Positions 39,469 to 54,203 of a stretch of 64,000 nt of DNA are shown here, piece after piece (position 1 is the first letter of the stretch; every line of letters begins with the position of its first letter). This stretch comes from Octopus sinensis (Eukaryota), in the NCBI RefSeq assembly GCF_006345805.1, contig NC_042999.1:17112001-17176000 (forward strand), written 5' to 3'. The notes beneath the pieces were generated by a model. It saw nothing but the letters and a program-made list of their open reading frames with translations. It was not told where the DNA came from and ran no database searches. The position numbers were made by a program, and so were the translations under genes.

Positions 39469-40057
39469 CATGATCGATAGAATAAACAACTGAGCTCTGG
39501 AGTCAACGTAATCGACATCTACTCGCCTCAAAATTACTGGCCTTTTACGAGATTTAGCAACAAATTAGACTCAATATTTGTGGCTGTCCTATATAAAAAT
39601 ACTACATATTTCGTCCTTTTTCCTCGTCATTCCTCAATGATCAATGCACAGTCAATTTGAAACTAAGTTTATCCGTTATATTATATTGTATATTATGTGT
39701 ATTTATTTCTCGATTTTTCTTGAAGTAGATTCGATGAATATACACATATGACGCTTACTAAACGCTTCATGCGTTCCTAAATAGTTGCGGAATTAAGGAG
39801 ACAGAATCTTGTCAGTTTCGATTAAACTGTTTTGTGCTGTTTGCAGTCTGCAGTATACAAACAGAATATTAATCTATATTTTCCACACCTAGCTTATAGT
39901 AAAATTATCTACACACCTTAAAGAAGGAAAGAGAAATCGGAGGGGATATTTCATTATTAAAACATAGTCGGATTGCTTCGGGTTCTTTTATAGTGTATGC
40001 TTCAAACAAGTGTCTTCATATACCATTACGTGAATAATGTAATGGTATATTACATTA

Positions 40058-40430
40058 GTCCATCCCCTCCTCACCGTGTTGGGGACGATGGCAACGGGTA
40101 GTGTCAGAGCTATGCCGTCGGGAACTTCGCTTCTTGGTAGGGCCACCCAAGGTGGATTGGTCTGACACCGAGTGATATTAGGGCCACAACCCGGCAGACG
40201 GGTGAAAATCCTGGTGAAAATCCTCGGAGTGTCTGCTTCGGCAACCGGCGGCTCCTCGGTCGTTCTGTCTCTGCGTCTGCGGACAGTCTGCGGCAAACAG
40301 GATGTCTCCACATGCGAGATTGTTAGGGACCGCTTGTGAAATCCACGTATTCCCACGAAACTTCTTCCATGAGTAGAAGAAGCCGACTCAACCCGCCCAG
40401 TGTGAATGTCGCCACAAGTACAAGTAAGTA
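40058..40430 (+). mobile_element. Short non-autonomous RTE derivative (structured 5' region joined to the RTE 3' end)
   Basis: 3' end GAAGAAGCCGACTCAACCCGCC...GTGAATGTCGCCACAAGTACAAGTAAGTA aligns with the 3' end of the RTE at 21711-21772; GC-rich, non-coding 5' part. Confidence 0.7.
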
Positions 40431-41029
40431 GTATTATATGAATAAAAATGATTTGTTTTATATAATCTTAAAAGTAACTTTATGAAATTCGCTTCTTCAT
40501 TTTAATAAATCTACAATGTCCATAATGTTATAACGTACCACAATAAGATATAAAAGTATTAAATATATTATTATTACTACCTGCTGACATTTCTAATGAT
40601 TTTAGAATTAGTTTTGAATTAGTGTATTGTTTCGTTTCCATATTATATCAAATATATTGGTTTCCTCATGCTTTTATTACTGTCATCATAGTTTGCATCA
40701 TAACTGATTTTATCAAATGTCAATTTTCGTGATACAATTAAGAACAAAACAGAAATTAATATTTTGTAATTATCATTAATTTAAGCTTCAATCAAGTAAT
40801 ATATTCCATAATTACTATTGTAACCATCCTTTTAAATTTGTTCAAATATTTTCTTCAATTTTTCAAACTTCTTATCAGGCATTCTTGCAAATGTCATTCA
40901 CCTTACACACCATACGCTTTTAATTTGTATTTCTAATTCTTAATATATGGATATTCTTGCATTCTACCTTTTCATATACACATCCTCGTTTTACACGGGT
41001 AGCTGGTTAAACAAAATACTACGTGAGAT

Positions 41030-41542
41030 GGATCACTGATTAATGCAGAAAAGGTGTTCGTTATTTATGACATCGTTCGTGCGTTTGAACTGGTTTTAGC
41101 TTTAAGGTTTTAGGGTTAGGGCTTTAGGGTTAGGATTAGGGTTTAGGGTTACGGTTAGGGTTTTAGGGTTAGGGTGTTAGGGTTCTAGGAGTAGGATTAG
41201 GGTTTTAGAGATAGGGTTAGGGTTAAGGATTTAGGGTTAGGGTTACGGTGTTAGGGTTAGGGTTGTCATAAATAACAGTGACGAAAGAAATATACACCAC
41301 CGGAAGTTCTTGTTGACAAACAACAGCAGTAATTTTATTCAGCTGAATGCACGTCATTGATTGGTTGAGATTACCGAAATAGGACAACTTTAACGTGAAA
41401 TAACTACGTAAATATAAATCTTTCTCAAAATGCTAAGAGTAAAAGATGTTTTATATGACACATTCTACTAGTGTCCGAAGTTTAAATGTATTTTGTTACA
41501 AAAAAATAATTTTAAAATCTATTGGTCAAAAGGTAGAGATCC
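41030..41542. mobile_element. GGATC-ended element with a degenerate (TTAGGG)n tract at 41104-41263
   Basis: GGATC...GATCC ends; 41357-41542 aligns with the reverse complement of 11461-11650. Confidence 0.75.
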
Positions 41543-41596
41543 GGAAATTGTTTTGAAACAATTGTTATAGAGTGATATTAACCTGGTTTGAGGGCT

Positions 41597-41905
41597 TGGT
41601 GATTAGGGCCTTCGGTTCATGATCGTAAGGTTGTAAGTTCGATTGCCGGCGACGTATTGTGTCCTTGAGCAAGCCACATTATTTCACATTGCTCCAGTTC
41701 ACTCAGCTGGCAAAAATGAGTAGTCGCTGTATTTCAAAAAGGGCCAACCTTGTCACACTCTGTGTCACGCTGAATCTCCTTGCGAACTACGTTATGGGTA
41801 CACGTGTCTGTGGAATGCTCAGCCACTCGCACGTTAATTTCACGAGCAAGCTGCTCCGTCTATCGTATCTGCTGGGACCCATGTCGTCGTAACCGACGGA
41901 ATGCC
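41597..41905 (+). mobile_element. tRNA-derived SINE (head D plus family A tail)
   Basis: GTGTCCTTGAGCAAG core, then the TGTATTTCAAA...GTCGTAACCGACGGA tail of family A. Confidence 0.8.
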
Positions 41906-44496
41906 CCTTCAAGAACAAAAAAAAAAAATATTAACCTCGTAAGAAAGAAGGTCGCCCGATACAAGTGAGATCGACATGGCTTACGTTACTTTTGAGTAAT
42001 TGCAATGAGACGCTCTAGGAAAAATACAAACGGTGAGTAAAATTTAGAGGGCTAACGTTGTGGGATTAAAAGCCTGGTAGTTAATATTTATACAGTTTTT
42101 TACGTGGTGGACATTATAAATTTTGGTAGCATCCATTCTGTAAATTTAGAATTAATTTGAATTTCATTTGCTAGTGTGTTCGTCTATTTTTTAAGTTTGT
42201 ATTTTTTAAGCCTGTAGACTTCGTTCGCCGACTGATTTTACAATAGTACCTGATCGATGTGTACCTATAATAAAGACAGCTCTACTCTAAGCAACGGTCT
42301 CCACGTTTTGGATACACTCCTAATCCTATCAAACGATAATGTCGATGACATTTGGACACCCTATAAAAAGTCTGATATAAAATACGAAATTCTAGACCTT
42401 GATTTGTGAGTTACATTACTTTCCAGACAATTCTTTGGGCAATGATGTAGAAAATTGGCATCCTAATATTTACAACAGAATCAGGAAATAAATAATCAGG
42501 AAATATATATATAACTAAATATGACATGCAATTATTTTGCTTCACGAAATATCTATTATGAATATGCTGCAGATAACATGAAGTCGATGAATATCCCATG
42601 GTGTGAACTATTTTATACTTTGTTTTCCAACAAAGGAAAAGATAATGGAATTGAAATTAGCACCCTGCTGATGAAAATAACTATAATTACTTTAACACAA
42701 GTTATTCTGTTAGATAAGTATTTAACCATTGACCGATAATTACTGCGGGATATTTTTTATTTAATTGTCTACTAGAATACGCATAATATTTTGTTTTTTC
42801 ATTGATGATATTACAGCAAATAAATAAATATTTTGTAATCAACCATCAATTATTAATGAAGTAATTATATATCTCCGTCTGAAGATGTAATAGTTGTAGT
42901 GGAGCACGACTATTGCAGTTCATTCAGATAAGTAAATAAGTCTGGCGTAGAGAGAAAAGTAAACGGAAAAAAGTCAATATACGTAAAATTGCAAATCGAA
43001 TTATTTTCAATCAAAATCGAATACGTTATCTTGCTCTTTGGAACTTGATAAAATTAATCAAAACTGAAGAGTTGATAAAATTAATCACGGCTTTGTAGTC
43101 GATAAATATGCGTTGTAAACTATAGATCGGTTTCTAGAATTGGAAATATATTGCCGATAATATACGTAGATGTATATAAACACAAAATGAAAAACCTCGC
43201 ATTATACATATTCGTGGAAAACTTTGGCTAACTAGTATGTAACTACTTTTTGAAATAAAAATATTGAGTTTATTTCCTATCGTTGCCGGGGTATTTGGTT
43301 AATTGCTATTTAATCAACTGTAGTATGACAGCCTACAAGCATTAATATTTCGTAAAAATATAAGTAATTCGGGAAAATTGTATGACTAAATGCTGAAAGA
43401 TTGCAGCAGACTATAAATAAATAGTTTGATTTTATAAATAGCGTTTTAAATTATCGAATAGAAAAAAATACAAGATTTTTTTCGCAGACTATTTTTGGGG
43501 AAAGCTATTATTTTAAAATGAAATATCTTTATTCTTGTGTTGAAAGGTTCTTTAGAATTAACATCACGAAAATATATTCTTCAGAAAATTCGACATAAAA
43601 GCGGTGAGTTGCATAATATTGCAATGCGTCTCTAAAAACTGTAAATAGTTTTATATATCTCGTTTATTTGCTACGACAATCCATTTAATAGCAAATATGA
43701 TATAGAACATCTGTTATAAGAAGCAACGAATTCTGAATAAAGATAGAGTCGTTATAAACATCTCTGCTCCAAAGTTCTTTTTGGAGACATACTTTAACCA
43801 CACATCTAATGTCGATGTTGGCTGGTAGAGCAAACTGAGTGAAAAGGGCTCTGATTTTCTATATTTCTTCCTTCTCCAAATAAGTATTTTAATGCGTGTA
43901 AGCCGTGATGAAATTATATTTGCCAGTCTTGAAAAATTGGTATTTTGGACTGTATATTTTGACTGGATATTCTTTCGATGTGTTTTGGCGCTGCCTGTAT
44001 GGCGTCGCTGATTCGAAGTTGACGTAGTTCTTATTTGACATCATGCATTTAATATCCGCTCGTTTCCCCTGTCTTCTCTGTCTCTCTCTCTGCCCTCTGT
44101 CTCTCTCTTTTATGTGTGTGAGTATACTTCTTTATGCCTGTGAGTGTTTCGCCAATTGTATCCAATCAATAAATTGTTGGGTCTCTCCTTTCGGTCTCTC
44201 TCAATCTGTATGTGTATATTTATGCACGCATCTGTGTGTTCACCTCTTGTGTCGAAACGTAGAGTCACTAAAATAGATTGGATGTACAGTCAGACCGAAC
44301 AGCTCTCTGGATGCAGATATCCGCCCCTAATCGTTACGTTCCGGGGTTCCAATGTCATAGTGCCGTTTTATTATTTCTTTATCACATTTTCTGTGTCTTT
44401 TTGGCAAACTGCTTTTCCGCTTTGCATTAAAAGGTGCGTGCACAGTATTATTCTGCTTCTTTTAAAAATCTTCACCATTCTTATCGTACAGGGAGA

Positions 44497-44880
44497 GGAG
44501 GCGCAATGGCCCAGTGGTTAGGGCAGCGGACTCGCGGTCGTAGGATCGCGGTTTCGATTCCCAGACCGGGCGTTGTGAGTGTTTATTGAGCGAAAACACC
44601 TAAAGCTCCACGAGGCTCCGCCAGGGCATGGTGGTGATCCCCGCTGTACTCTTTCACCACAACTTTCTCTCACTCTTTCTTCCTGTTTCTGTTGTACCTG
44701 TATTTCAAAGGGCCGGTCTTGTCACTCTCTGTGTCACGCTGAATATCCCCGAGAACTACGTTAAGGGTACACGTGTCTGTGGAGTGCTCAGCCACTTACA
44801 CGTTAATTTCACGAGCAGGCTGTTCCGTTGGTCGGATCAACCGGAACCATCATCGTCGTAACCGACGGAGTGCTTCCATC
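44497..44880 (+). mobile_element. tRNA-derived SINE, family A
   Basis: A/B boxes; TSD ATCrTACAGGGAGA; near-identical to 983-1367. Confidence 0.9.
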
Positions 44881-45456
44881 CATCATACAGGGAGATAAGC
44901 TAAATAATCTATTAGTGTTTCGAAGACAAATCTCTTTCAGCTATTGGGAAGTTACTGTTTCTATAAATTATTCTGAGACGTTGTTTCATTCACTAAAACT
45001 TTGGTAGTAATACCATTTAATCTATATCGTTTTGATATGCGTTAATGACATAAAATTAACGAAGATGTAGAAGGAAAAGAAAATACAAATACAAACTCAT
45101 TTGTCTTGTTAAATACGCCCAACCGTTGATGTAGTGTAAAGAAGCCATCGTGACCTAAGAGTCGTACCATACTTATTTGAAAACTTGACCTCGGCCAACC
45201 TACTCCAGATATGAACACATCTGAGTCTTCCAGAAATAGAGACAAAAACAAGGAATGAAAAAGAACAGTTTTTCACATCCAGGGTTGTTATGTTACCTAT
45301 CGACTTCGAAGGGATGGAAGTTGAAGTTGACCTCGGTAGTATAAGAATATTGAACTCAGATAGCCTGAACGAATGACCGAAAACAATGCCGCAAAACAAT
45401 TTTCACGCACACACACACACACCCATACACACGCACACACGCACACACACATATAT

Positions 45457-45785
45457 ATTGAGACCCCCTTCGGTCATGACTGACCATGGGATTGCACGTA
45501 GAAAGTTACTCTCCCAGGTACAGGTCCGGGCAAGGTTGTTTTATGGAAGACCATCAGTCGTCCATGCATACTGGCCTCCCCTCTACACGCCACCAATGTT
45601 ATCTAAGGGAAAGGCCGATACAGCTGGGCACCTGTGACATTGCTACTTATTTCTACAGCTGAGTGAACTGGAGCAACGTGAAATAAAGTGTCTTGCTCAA
45701 GAACACAACACGCAGCCCGGTCCGGGATTCGAACTCACAATCTCACGATCATAAGCTTTATGCTCTAACCACTGAGCTATGCAGT
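45457..45785 (-). mobile_element. tRNA-derived CORE-like SINE
   Basis: Minus strand TAGCTCAGTGGTTAGAGC...GAGTTCGAATCCC; core GTGTTCTTGAGCAAGACAC. Confidence 0.85.
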
Positions 45786-45789
45786 TTCA

Positions 45790-45844
<55 letters not shown>

Positions 45845-46066
45845 ATATATACATATATATATATATTATATATATACATATACATATATATATTATACAT
45901 ATATATATTATATATACATATATATATTATATATATCTACATATATATACACATATATATATATATATTATATATACATATATATATATATATTATATAT
46001 ATACATACATATATATATATATGTTATAGATATGCATACATACATATATATATATTATATATATAC

Positions 46067-46097
<31 letters not shown>

Positions 46098-46102
46098 TAT
46101 AC

Positions 46103-46133
<31 letters not shown>

Positions 46134-46949
46134 CATATATATATACATATATATATATTATATACGTGTGTGAGCTTGTGGGTGTTGGTGTTTATGTGTG
46201 CATGTTTGCGCATGTTTTTCTGTACTTTTGCGCATTGCATGTTATATTGAAGATATGTGTGGTTTACAATTAAGCATCTTCTGGAACGTTTCCATATTAC
46301 TTTAATATTCCGTTACGTTTAATGCAAAAAAAAAATAACGTTTGAAAGTTCAACAACATTCTAATTTTATATACTGAATTCGATGACGACAGTGGCGCTA
46401 TATTTACTTTGCTCCTGTAGTAGGCAGCAAGACATCGTGGGGCTAATTTTGTAGCTGTCAAATAATCATCTAATCGTCATTAAATTCGTAATTGTTTAAC
46501 TGCAACTTCTGGTTTAAGCTCATGCCCCGTTTATGTATCAGTGGCTGATACATGCTTCTTATGTTGATTTCTGTTGTGGATTCAGCAAGTAATAAATCTA
46601 TCAGAGCTAATATGCTGGAGCTTATACGCAAAAGTCTTTATATGATGAATAATTGTTTCTCGACTTAGCTGTTTCACGTTCTATATTGTATTGCCATGTG
46701 AGGACTGCTTGTTATAAATAAATAATCAACCTAGGAGAAGCTCTTCCACTGTCGTATTCAATGAAATATTTTCTTGTTATAGTATTATGTTAACAAATTC
46801 CATATGTATAGCCCATTAGTTATCTGAAGCAATTTTCTGGCTTGCTTTCTTGCAGTTTCCTGCTGATAAATTTTTAAATTTTCATGTTTTTATTTTTTTC
46901 TAGCGATTCATACTGGTTAGGAATGATACAAATATTCTATTTCATACTA

Positions 46950-47113
46950 GGCGCAGGAGTGGCTGTATGGTAAGTAGCTTGTCTACCAACCACATGGTTC
47001 TGGGTTCAGTCCCACGGCGTCCACCTTGGGAAAGTGTCTTCTACTATAGCCTCGGGCCGACCAAAGCCTTGTGAGTGGATTTGGTAGAGGGAAACTGAAA
47101 GAAGCCCGTCGTA

Positions 47114-47154
<41 letters not shown>

Positions 47155-47422
47155 TTGTGTGTGTTTGTGTGTCTGTGCTTGTCCCCCCAACATCGCTTGA
47201 CACCCGATGCTGGTGTGTTTATGTCGCCGTTTCTTAGCGGTTCGACAAAAGAGACCGATAGAATAAGTACTGGGCTTACAAAACAATAAGTACTGCGCTT
47301 ACAAAAGAATAAGTACTGGGCTAACAAAAGAATAAGTCCCGGGGTCGAGTTGCTCGATTAAAGGCGGTGCTCCAGCTTGGTCGCAGTCAAATGACTGAAA
47401 CAAGTAAAAGAGTAAAAGAGTA
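46950..47422 (+). mobile_element. SINE family C, full length, with internal (TA)/(TG) tract
   Basis: GGCGCAGGAGTGGCTG head, GGTTCAGTCCC B-box-like motif, (GTAAAAGA) tail; local tandem expansion of AATAAGTACTGgGCT. Confidence 0.92.
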
Positions 47423-48429
47423 TATCATAACAAACTGAGCTATTGTTTAGCTGGGCAGCAATAGACTCATTCCGTACATTATGAGCGTTATGACAAGTTT
47501 TAACTGTTGTATATATATATATATAACTTTCACATTGTCATTTTCCATTAAAATTCTCCTCTCTAAACATTGCTTCTTTTAGAGGATATTGTTTCCTCAT
47601 TTTAAGTAATTTTCAAAATGTACTTCACTATACATATATTATGTGTAGTGACACTCGTTTTATCCTCTTCACATGCAGGTATTGTAGTCAATTTTAGTTT
47701 ATACCAAGCTGTTGTATTCATGTAGTCTCTTATATCTACGTTTGTATCTATGAATGCTGTGGCAGTCTGAGTTTATGTAGGAATAAGGAAATACATTGTC
47801 AGTGATTCAATGCTGAACGATAGGAATAGTTTTGCTTTCAATGCTTAATGCGTGGAGAAACCTACAAATGAGGCCATGGGTAAATTACTAGTGGTTATTA
47901 TATGTTATTGGTTACACAGATTGTTTTATGGAGTGCAGATATTAACCGCAATTTCATAGACTACCAGGAATATTTTAAGAACATTTGGTTTGGTCTGCTT
48001 GCTCTCTCCAATGCTATTGCATGTAAATCTTTTATAAACTTATGCCTGAAGTTTCGACCGCAAGAACATTGATAATTCTGTATCAATACTGGAAACGAGG
48101 TCAAATTTGTCAGGTTTTATGAAGCCTTTTTGCCAAACAACTTGTGTATACATGCAGAATGTGTTGCTTGATGATTGTATTTCGTTCTTTAACAATTCAG
48201 TGCGTTTGTTTATTCAAAATGTCGGTGAGTAATTCTGTTGTTTCCCGTTTAACAAAATCATGCAGTATATATCAAATGCGGCCATATACGAATATTTGAA
48301 TCTATCACTAAACCCCAGGATTATAATCCTTTAAATTAATGAATAGCTGTTATGTCGCAATACTACACAGTGGCTGTGTGAGGTACGCAATCCTTGTCGC
48401 CACTGTTATGTCACGCGTCCGGATGCCTT

Positions 48430-48533
48430 CTACTCAACTCTGCTCTCCTACTCTCTTTGCTACGACAACTCTGACTACTACTCAACTCTGCTCTCCTACT
48501 TTCTTTGCTCCGACATCTCTGACTACTACTCAG
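48430..48533. repeat. About 48-bp tandem repeat, two copies
   Basis: CTACTCAACTCTGCTCTCCTACT...TCTGACTA twice. Confidence 0.85.
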
Positions 48534-48724
48534 TTTCTTTATTAGCCACAAGGGTCAAAATATACAGGGGGACAAACAAGGACAGACAGGACACCACAGA
48601 GGAGACAATACATAGAACGAATATGGTGAGATGATTATACAACAATGGTGTTATGAATGGCTGCATGCACCCCTCATCACATGCATTGCAATTATTCTTT
48701 TTAAACTGTCCGTTTTTATCATTT

Positions 48725-49121
48725 TTAGCAGTATCACCCGGCGTTGCTCGGGTTTGTAAGGGAAATAACTATATAAGCATTTTTAGAGAGTTATAGCCAA
48801 AGAGTAGCAAAAAATGCATTAAAAATGGAAAAAAAATGATGGTAAATTTTTTTTTAAATCGTTGACTCATCGTAGACATTTTTAGAGAGTTACTTCCCTT
48901 ATATAATAGCGAAAAAAATGCATTAAAATGGAAAAATATGATGGTAATTTTTTTTCAAATCGTAGACTCATCGTAGACGCGCGCTAATACCCAGAAGGGC
49001 TCGATATGAATCACGACTATAAGATACCCGGTTTTGGTTAAACTGCTCCGCAAAATGTGGGAGTAGTTAGGAATCTAAATCGTAGGAGACAGACACACAA
49101 CTTCACTTTTATATATAAAGA
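48725..49121 (-). mobile_element. Non-autonomous Helitron with internal duplication
   Basis: Similar to 20748-21145; 3' end reads CTAA; an internal block of about 100 bp is duplicated. Confidence 0.82.
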
Positions 49122-49680
49122 TTACATAACACTTAATTATCGTCTACCATTACAATTATTCGAACCGTTATATGTTCCCTAAAATTGTTCTTCTATTTTC
49201 CGATATTATTCAACATAACATAAATCAGTTACTCTTTCATTTTACTTTTCTTCTCTTTTTTCTTTTTTCTTTTTCTTTTAATTTTTCCTGTCGATTTGAC
49301 ATAATTATTTACTTTTTAGTAATATTTCATTAGTGGTTCAATTTCTACTAAATCCCCTACTGGTGGCAATTCTTTGAATTCCACTCTTACTCCCAGTGGG
49401 TCAATATTATCTCAATACATTTCTTACAGTCTCTTATAACTTTCCTCTTCAATCACTATCGCCTTCATATCCTCTGCATATATGTATGCTAGTACCTTTA
49501 GTCTTACTATTTGTTTGGACGTGTGTATTTTCTTCTTTGCTTCTATATTCTTCGGGTGCTCAACTCTGCTCTCCTCGACGTCAAGACTTCTCCCTCTATG
49601 TCTACGTATTGGGCTAGTCTACTTCATCGCCCGGGGGCGTCCACACAACAGTAACCGAAAGGCAGAAGGTTACAGAACAA

Positions 49681-49910
49681 GCGGCGAGCTTGCAGAAACG
49701 TTAGCACGCCGGGCGAAGGCTTATCGGTATTTCGTCTGGCGCTACGTTCTGAGTTCAAATTCCGCCGAGGTCGACTTTGCCTTTCATCCTTTCGGGGTCG
49801 ATTAAATAAGTACCAGTTACACACTGGGGTCGATATAATCGACTTAATCCGTTTGTGTGCCCTTGTTTGTCCTCTCTGTGTTTAGCCCCCTGTGGGTAGT
49901 AAAGGAATAG
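49681..49910 (+). mobile_element. SINE family B
   Basis: Homology to other copies; TSD GGyTACAGAACAAG. Confidence 0.9.
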
Positions 49911-51383
49911 GCTACAGAACAAGATTAATATGACTACTATACTAATACTCCATTGGGTGTAAGAAGGTAAATCGTAACATTCTCATAATTCGAAATTTTA
50001 AATCTGCGATATGATAATTTCTAATCATTTGACTACAACAAATCATGTCACATCGCATTCCAGTACAGAGCATGAAACGAACTGCGATAGATAAACATCA
50101 GATCATAAAGACGTGTATAAAATTCCATGAACAATCTAGAATATTGGATATGAAAGGTTTATTAATAGGAAAAAGAAAGACAGAAACCAACACAGGAATA
50201 CAGCTTCCACTGGATATGTTATGATTAGACTTTCGAAATATAATATGATACAATGCTAGCTTTCGAAACGTCAAGATTCATTGCGTTCTTTTTAAGCATT
50301 AAGTTATTACATTATTTGTCATAACGCCTCCCTTCCGACTTGTCGTCTTTCTACATCCTTGCCTTCTTCCGATCTATATGTGTGTATGTTTGTGCTTTCT
50401 ACTCATTCTGTCTGAATCTTCCATGCGTTATCATGTACCTCCTTGCGTCAATATAATATTTCATTTAATCAGGATACCCTTGGCTTGAAGAGTAGCCTGC
50501 GCTATATAATTTAAATTTTAAATTAAGGCGCTGAGACGGTAAGGACAAAGATCAACAGTAAAGGATAGGCGTCGGTTTATTTCCTTTTATTCGTAAGTAG
50601 AAGTTGTTATCGAAGAAGTGATTATTATCCAGTATAAATGAGAGAGGGAGGGTACACAGAGAACAGATCCATGACCCCTCCGTTAGAAACGTAACCTGTA
50701 GGGAACATTCTGAAAAATGTAGAAAATGAAGATTCAAAATAATCCCTTTATTCAAATTGTGTACAGAAAATGAGCGTTTTCGTAAGAACAAGGAAGAATA
50801 ATTTATTCGAAAATATCAGCCAAACCTGAACAAAAATATTACAATAACCACCAGAACTACCGTCTCGACAATACACAGAAAGGCACCAACCAAACACTGA
50901 TTGAATAAGGAAAATTACATATGAAGTTAATTGAAGAGAACTATTTTGAGCTCAAGAGCTGTGACCACACAGTGGCACCACCATTTGATTTTGCGAGATA
51001 AAATTTTTTGCTTCGCTAATTCTTTTAGAAGATGACATTTGATGCATGACAAACTCTGACACCTCTGCCTTCACTTGCACTTCCTGCTCTGAAGTTAAAT
51101 TCATCTGGGACCCTTCAAAGTAAGAGATCTGATCCTCTTTTTTGATGACACTTATATCCACAGGATACGAGTGTACACTCTTTTTGTACTATCTTATATA
51201 CGCATGTGCATATATGAGTGGAAGTATCTATGGGTGCGTGCATATGTGTCCGCAGATATGTATGTATATTTACATAAGAAAATAACGATGTCAGTTTGTG
51301 TGGATGTCCAACCTCTCACGCGTGTATGTATGAAGGTATATGCAGGTACACACATATCTGCGTATATATGTGGTGGGTATATG

Positions 51384-51457
<74 letters not shown>

Positions 51458-51932
51458 GTATATATATATATGTGTGTATGTTGTATATGCCCGTGAGTAC
51501 GGATGTGTATGTATATATATATGTGCGTATATATATATACATAAATATATATATATGTATGTGTATAAATGTTCGTGTATTTGTGTGTGGATATGTGTGT
51601 GTATGTGTATATGTGTATTTATATGTATATATGTGTATATTCGTGTATGTATATGTGTATTATATAATGAGTTAGACAAAGAACACGTTGCCTTCATTTC
51701 CACTTAGAAAGCTACTTCCTAACTTCCACTTAGAAGCTATATCCTTAACTTCTTGGAGATTTTAGGTAAAATTATACTAATGTGTCCTATCTGTTTTAAT
51801 TTAATTAAATTCTATGTATTTGTGCAGCTGAGGATTGCTCTGCATTTAAATTGATGTAATGGTTGCATTGTTCAATTAAAAAGAGTTGCGTAAAACAATC
51901 GTACTGCATTACCTCTCGATATATGCTCGTTG

Positions 51933-52007
<75 letters not shown>

Positions 52008-52094
52008 TATATAAATATATATATATATGTATTACAGACAAGATATATATATACATATTTACATGCACACACACATATATATACATATATATAT

Positions 52095-52312
52095 AACGGG
52101 AAGCTTCATGAAAATAAACAAAAGACGAAGGCAGGTGGAATATAAACAAACAATTGTATTAGTATGGCGCTCAGGAATATAAATAAAACAAGTCTTTTAC
52201 GTTTCGAGCCTACGCTCTTCAACAGAAAGATACACAGAAAAGAAACACGGAGAGAAACAAGGAGAGAAAAAAAAATGCGTGCAGAAGCTAGCGAATCAAC
52301 ATGGCGATCTGA
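52095..52312 (-). mobile_element. PLE-type 3' fragment in (TA)n with a minimal hammerhead
   Basis: Unique insert between TA tracts, ending TTCCCGTTATA on the minus strand. Confidence 0.7.
52193..52230 (-). ncRNA. Minimal (dimer-type) hammerhead motif with variant core
   Basis: TCTTT-CTGTTGA-A-GAGC-GTAG-GCTC-GAAAC-GTA-AAAGA. Perfect stems I and II, stem III reduced to ACGT, A6 replaced by U. Confidence 0.7.
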
Positions 52313-52379
<67 letters not shown>

Positions 52380-53343
52380 CGAGAAAAAACAGAGGAGGAG
52401 AGATAGTGGGAGAGAGGGAGAGAAAGCATGAGAGGTTACGAGTCGAAAATATAATAAAATGGAGACATGGACAAAAATCTTTATATCTCTAAAAATGTCT
52501 TCTAGTCTTAAAGTGACACGTTTATACACATTGTTCACATAAAAAGAGATAAACCAGCATGCTTAAATAGAAACTACCATGTATCGATAAAAAAAAAACT
52601 CTTATTCTATCACCTACCAACACTGTCACCGATGTTCATATTCCCATAGCAGTTCAAAGATTGCTCTTCAAGAATTTAATGTCTTTGCTTTATATTCCTT
52701 AGTAATGTACCAATGTATTTTGATTTTTTTTTAATATACTTGATATTTTTTTTGTTTTTGCAAATAATGTTTTGAAATAACTAAAACACTATTGTGTCAC
52801 TATTATTTAAACAAAGAACTGTGTGTGTTCATCATTTTATGTACATGCGTGTTTTGCTAAGAGTGGATAAGTGTTTCTTCTACATACAAATATACATGTA
52901 TGCATACACACACAAGAAGCAGTCATATGTATATGTGTGTGTATGTAGAATCATATACGTGTACTTTCATATAGTTTTACTTGCATATCTATGCGGGTAT
53001 ATAGAATTTGTGTATAAATATGTAGTTTTTTATACACAAACACACACACACATATATACATTTGTATATAACTATATATATTGAACATTATGAATTTATA
53101 TAAGGATATATATATATATATATATATATATGTACTCATATCAATATAAAATATATTGATATTACACACACGCAAAAACATATATATATGTATATACATA
53201 CATACACATGTGTATAAACACGCACGTATATAAATAAATAGCACGCATATATATATAAATAACACACACATGTATAAAGAAATAACACACACATAAAATG
53301 TAAGACATATATATGTATATATATATATATATGTGTGTGTATG

Positions 53344-53450
<107 letters not shown>

Positions 53451-53806
53451 AAAGAAGCTGATAAATCGTTGCTTCACATCAAGCCACGAATATGATGCTA
53501 ATGAAAATTCTGGACACATTGCTATCAGCAGCCAACAATAAAGAACATATGGACATTAATGTCACTTAGTTGGATTAAACGGGTGGCAGCCGAAGAAAAT
53601 AGCAAACTTGATATCTTGCCAAATTAATTCTGCATCCGTTACAACAAGGTTCCTCGAAATATTTACATACGCTAGAAAGGTTCTTTGACTTTCAGACTGA
53701 CACATTTCCATGCGATGCTGCTTAATGGAGGAGTTATTCCTTGGCCGATTATTCTTTTGAAATATAATCGATAGTCGTTTTAGTATGTTTTCTTCGTATA
53801 CACACA

Positions 53807-53856
<50 letters not shown>

Positions 53857-54037
53857 CGTATACACACACACATGCACAGATGAATACGGATATGTGCACA
53901 CACAGTTTCCATATCAGTACAACAGTGAAGCGAGATGTATCGATTTTACTGAATGAGGATATATGCAAATCAATATTATCAATACGAATGTTTGGTTTTA
54001 TATAATTTAGATTACCTCCATGTTATATAATATATAT

Positions 54038-54093
<56 letters not shown>

Positions 54094-54153
54094 TTATATA
54101 TATATATATATAATATAATATATGTACATATATAAACATATATATATATATAT

Positions 54154-54203
<50 letters not shown>

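Noticed and set aside
38745-39531. Proline/serine/phenylalanine-rich ORFs
   Set aside because: Translations of the (CCTT)n array.
41104-41263. TTAGGG array as a true telomere or chromosome fusion scar
   Set aside because: Degenerate, single orientation and enclosed within a repeated GGATC-ended element.
44497-44570. tRNA gene candidates at SINE heads (also 12991, 45715-45785)
   Set aside because: Acceptor stems are not intact and each continues into a SINE body.
50240-50550. Partial hammerhead-like words (TTCGAAACGTC; TTGAAGA...GAGACGGTA)
   Set aside because: Cores are incomplete and stems do not pair.
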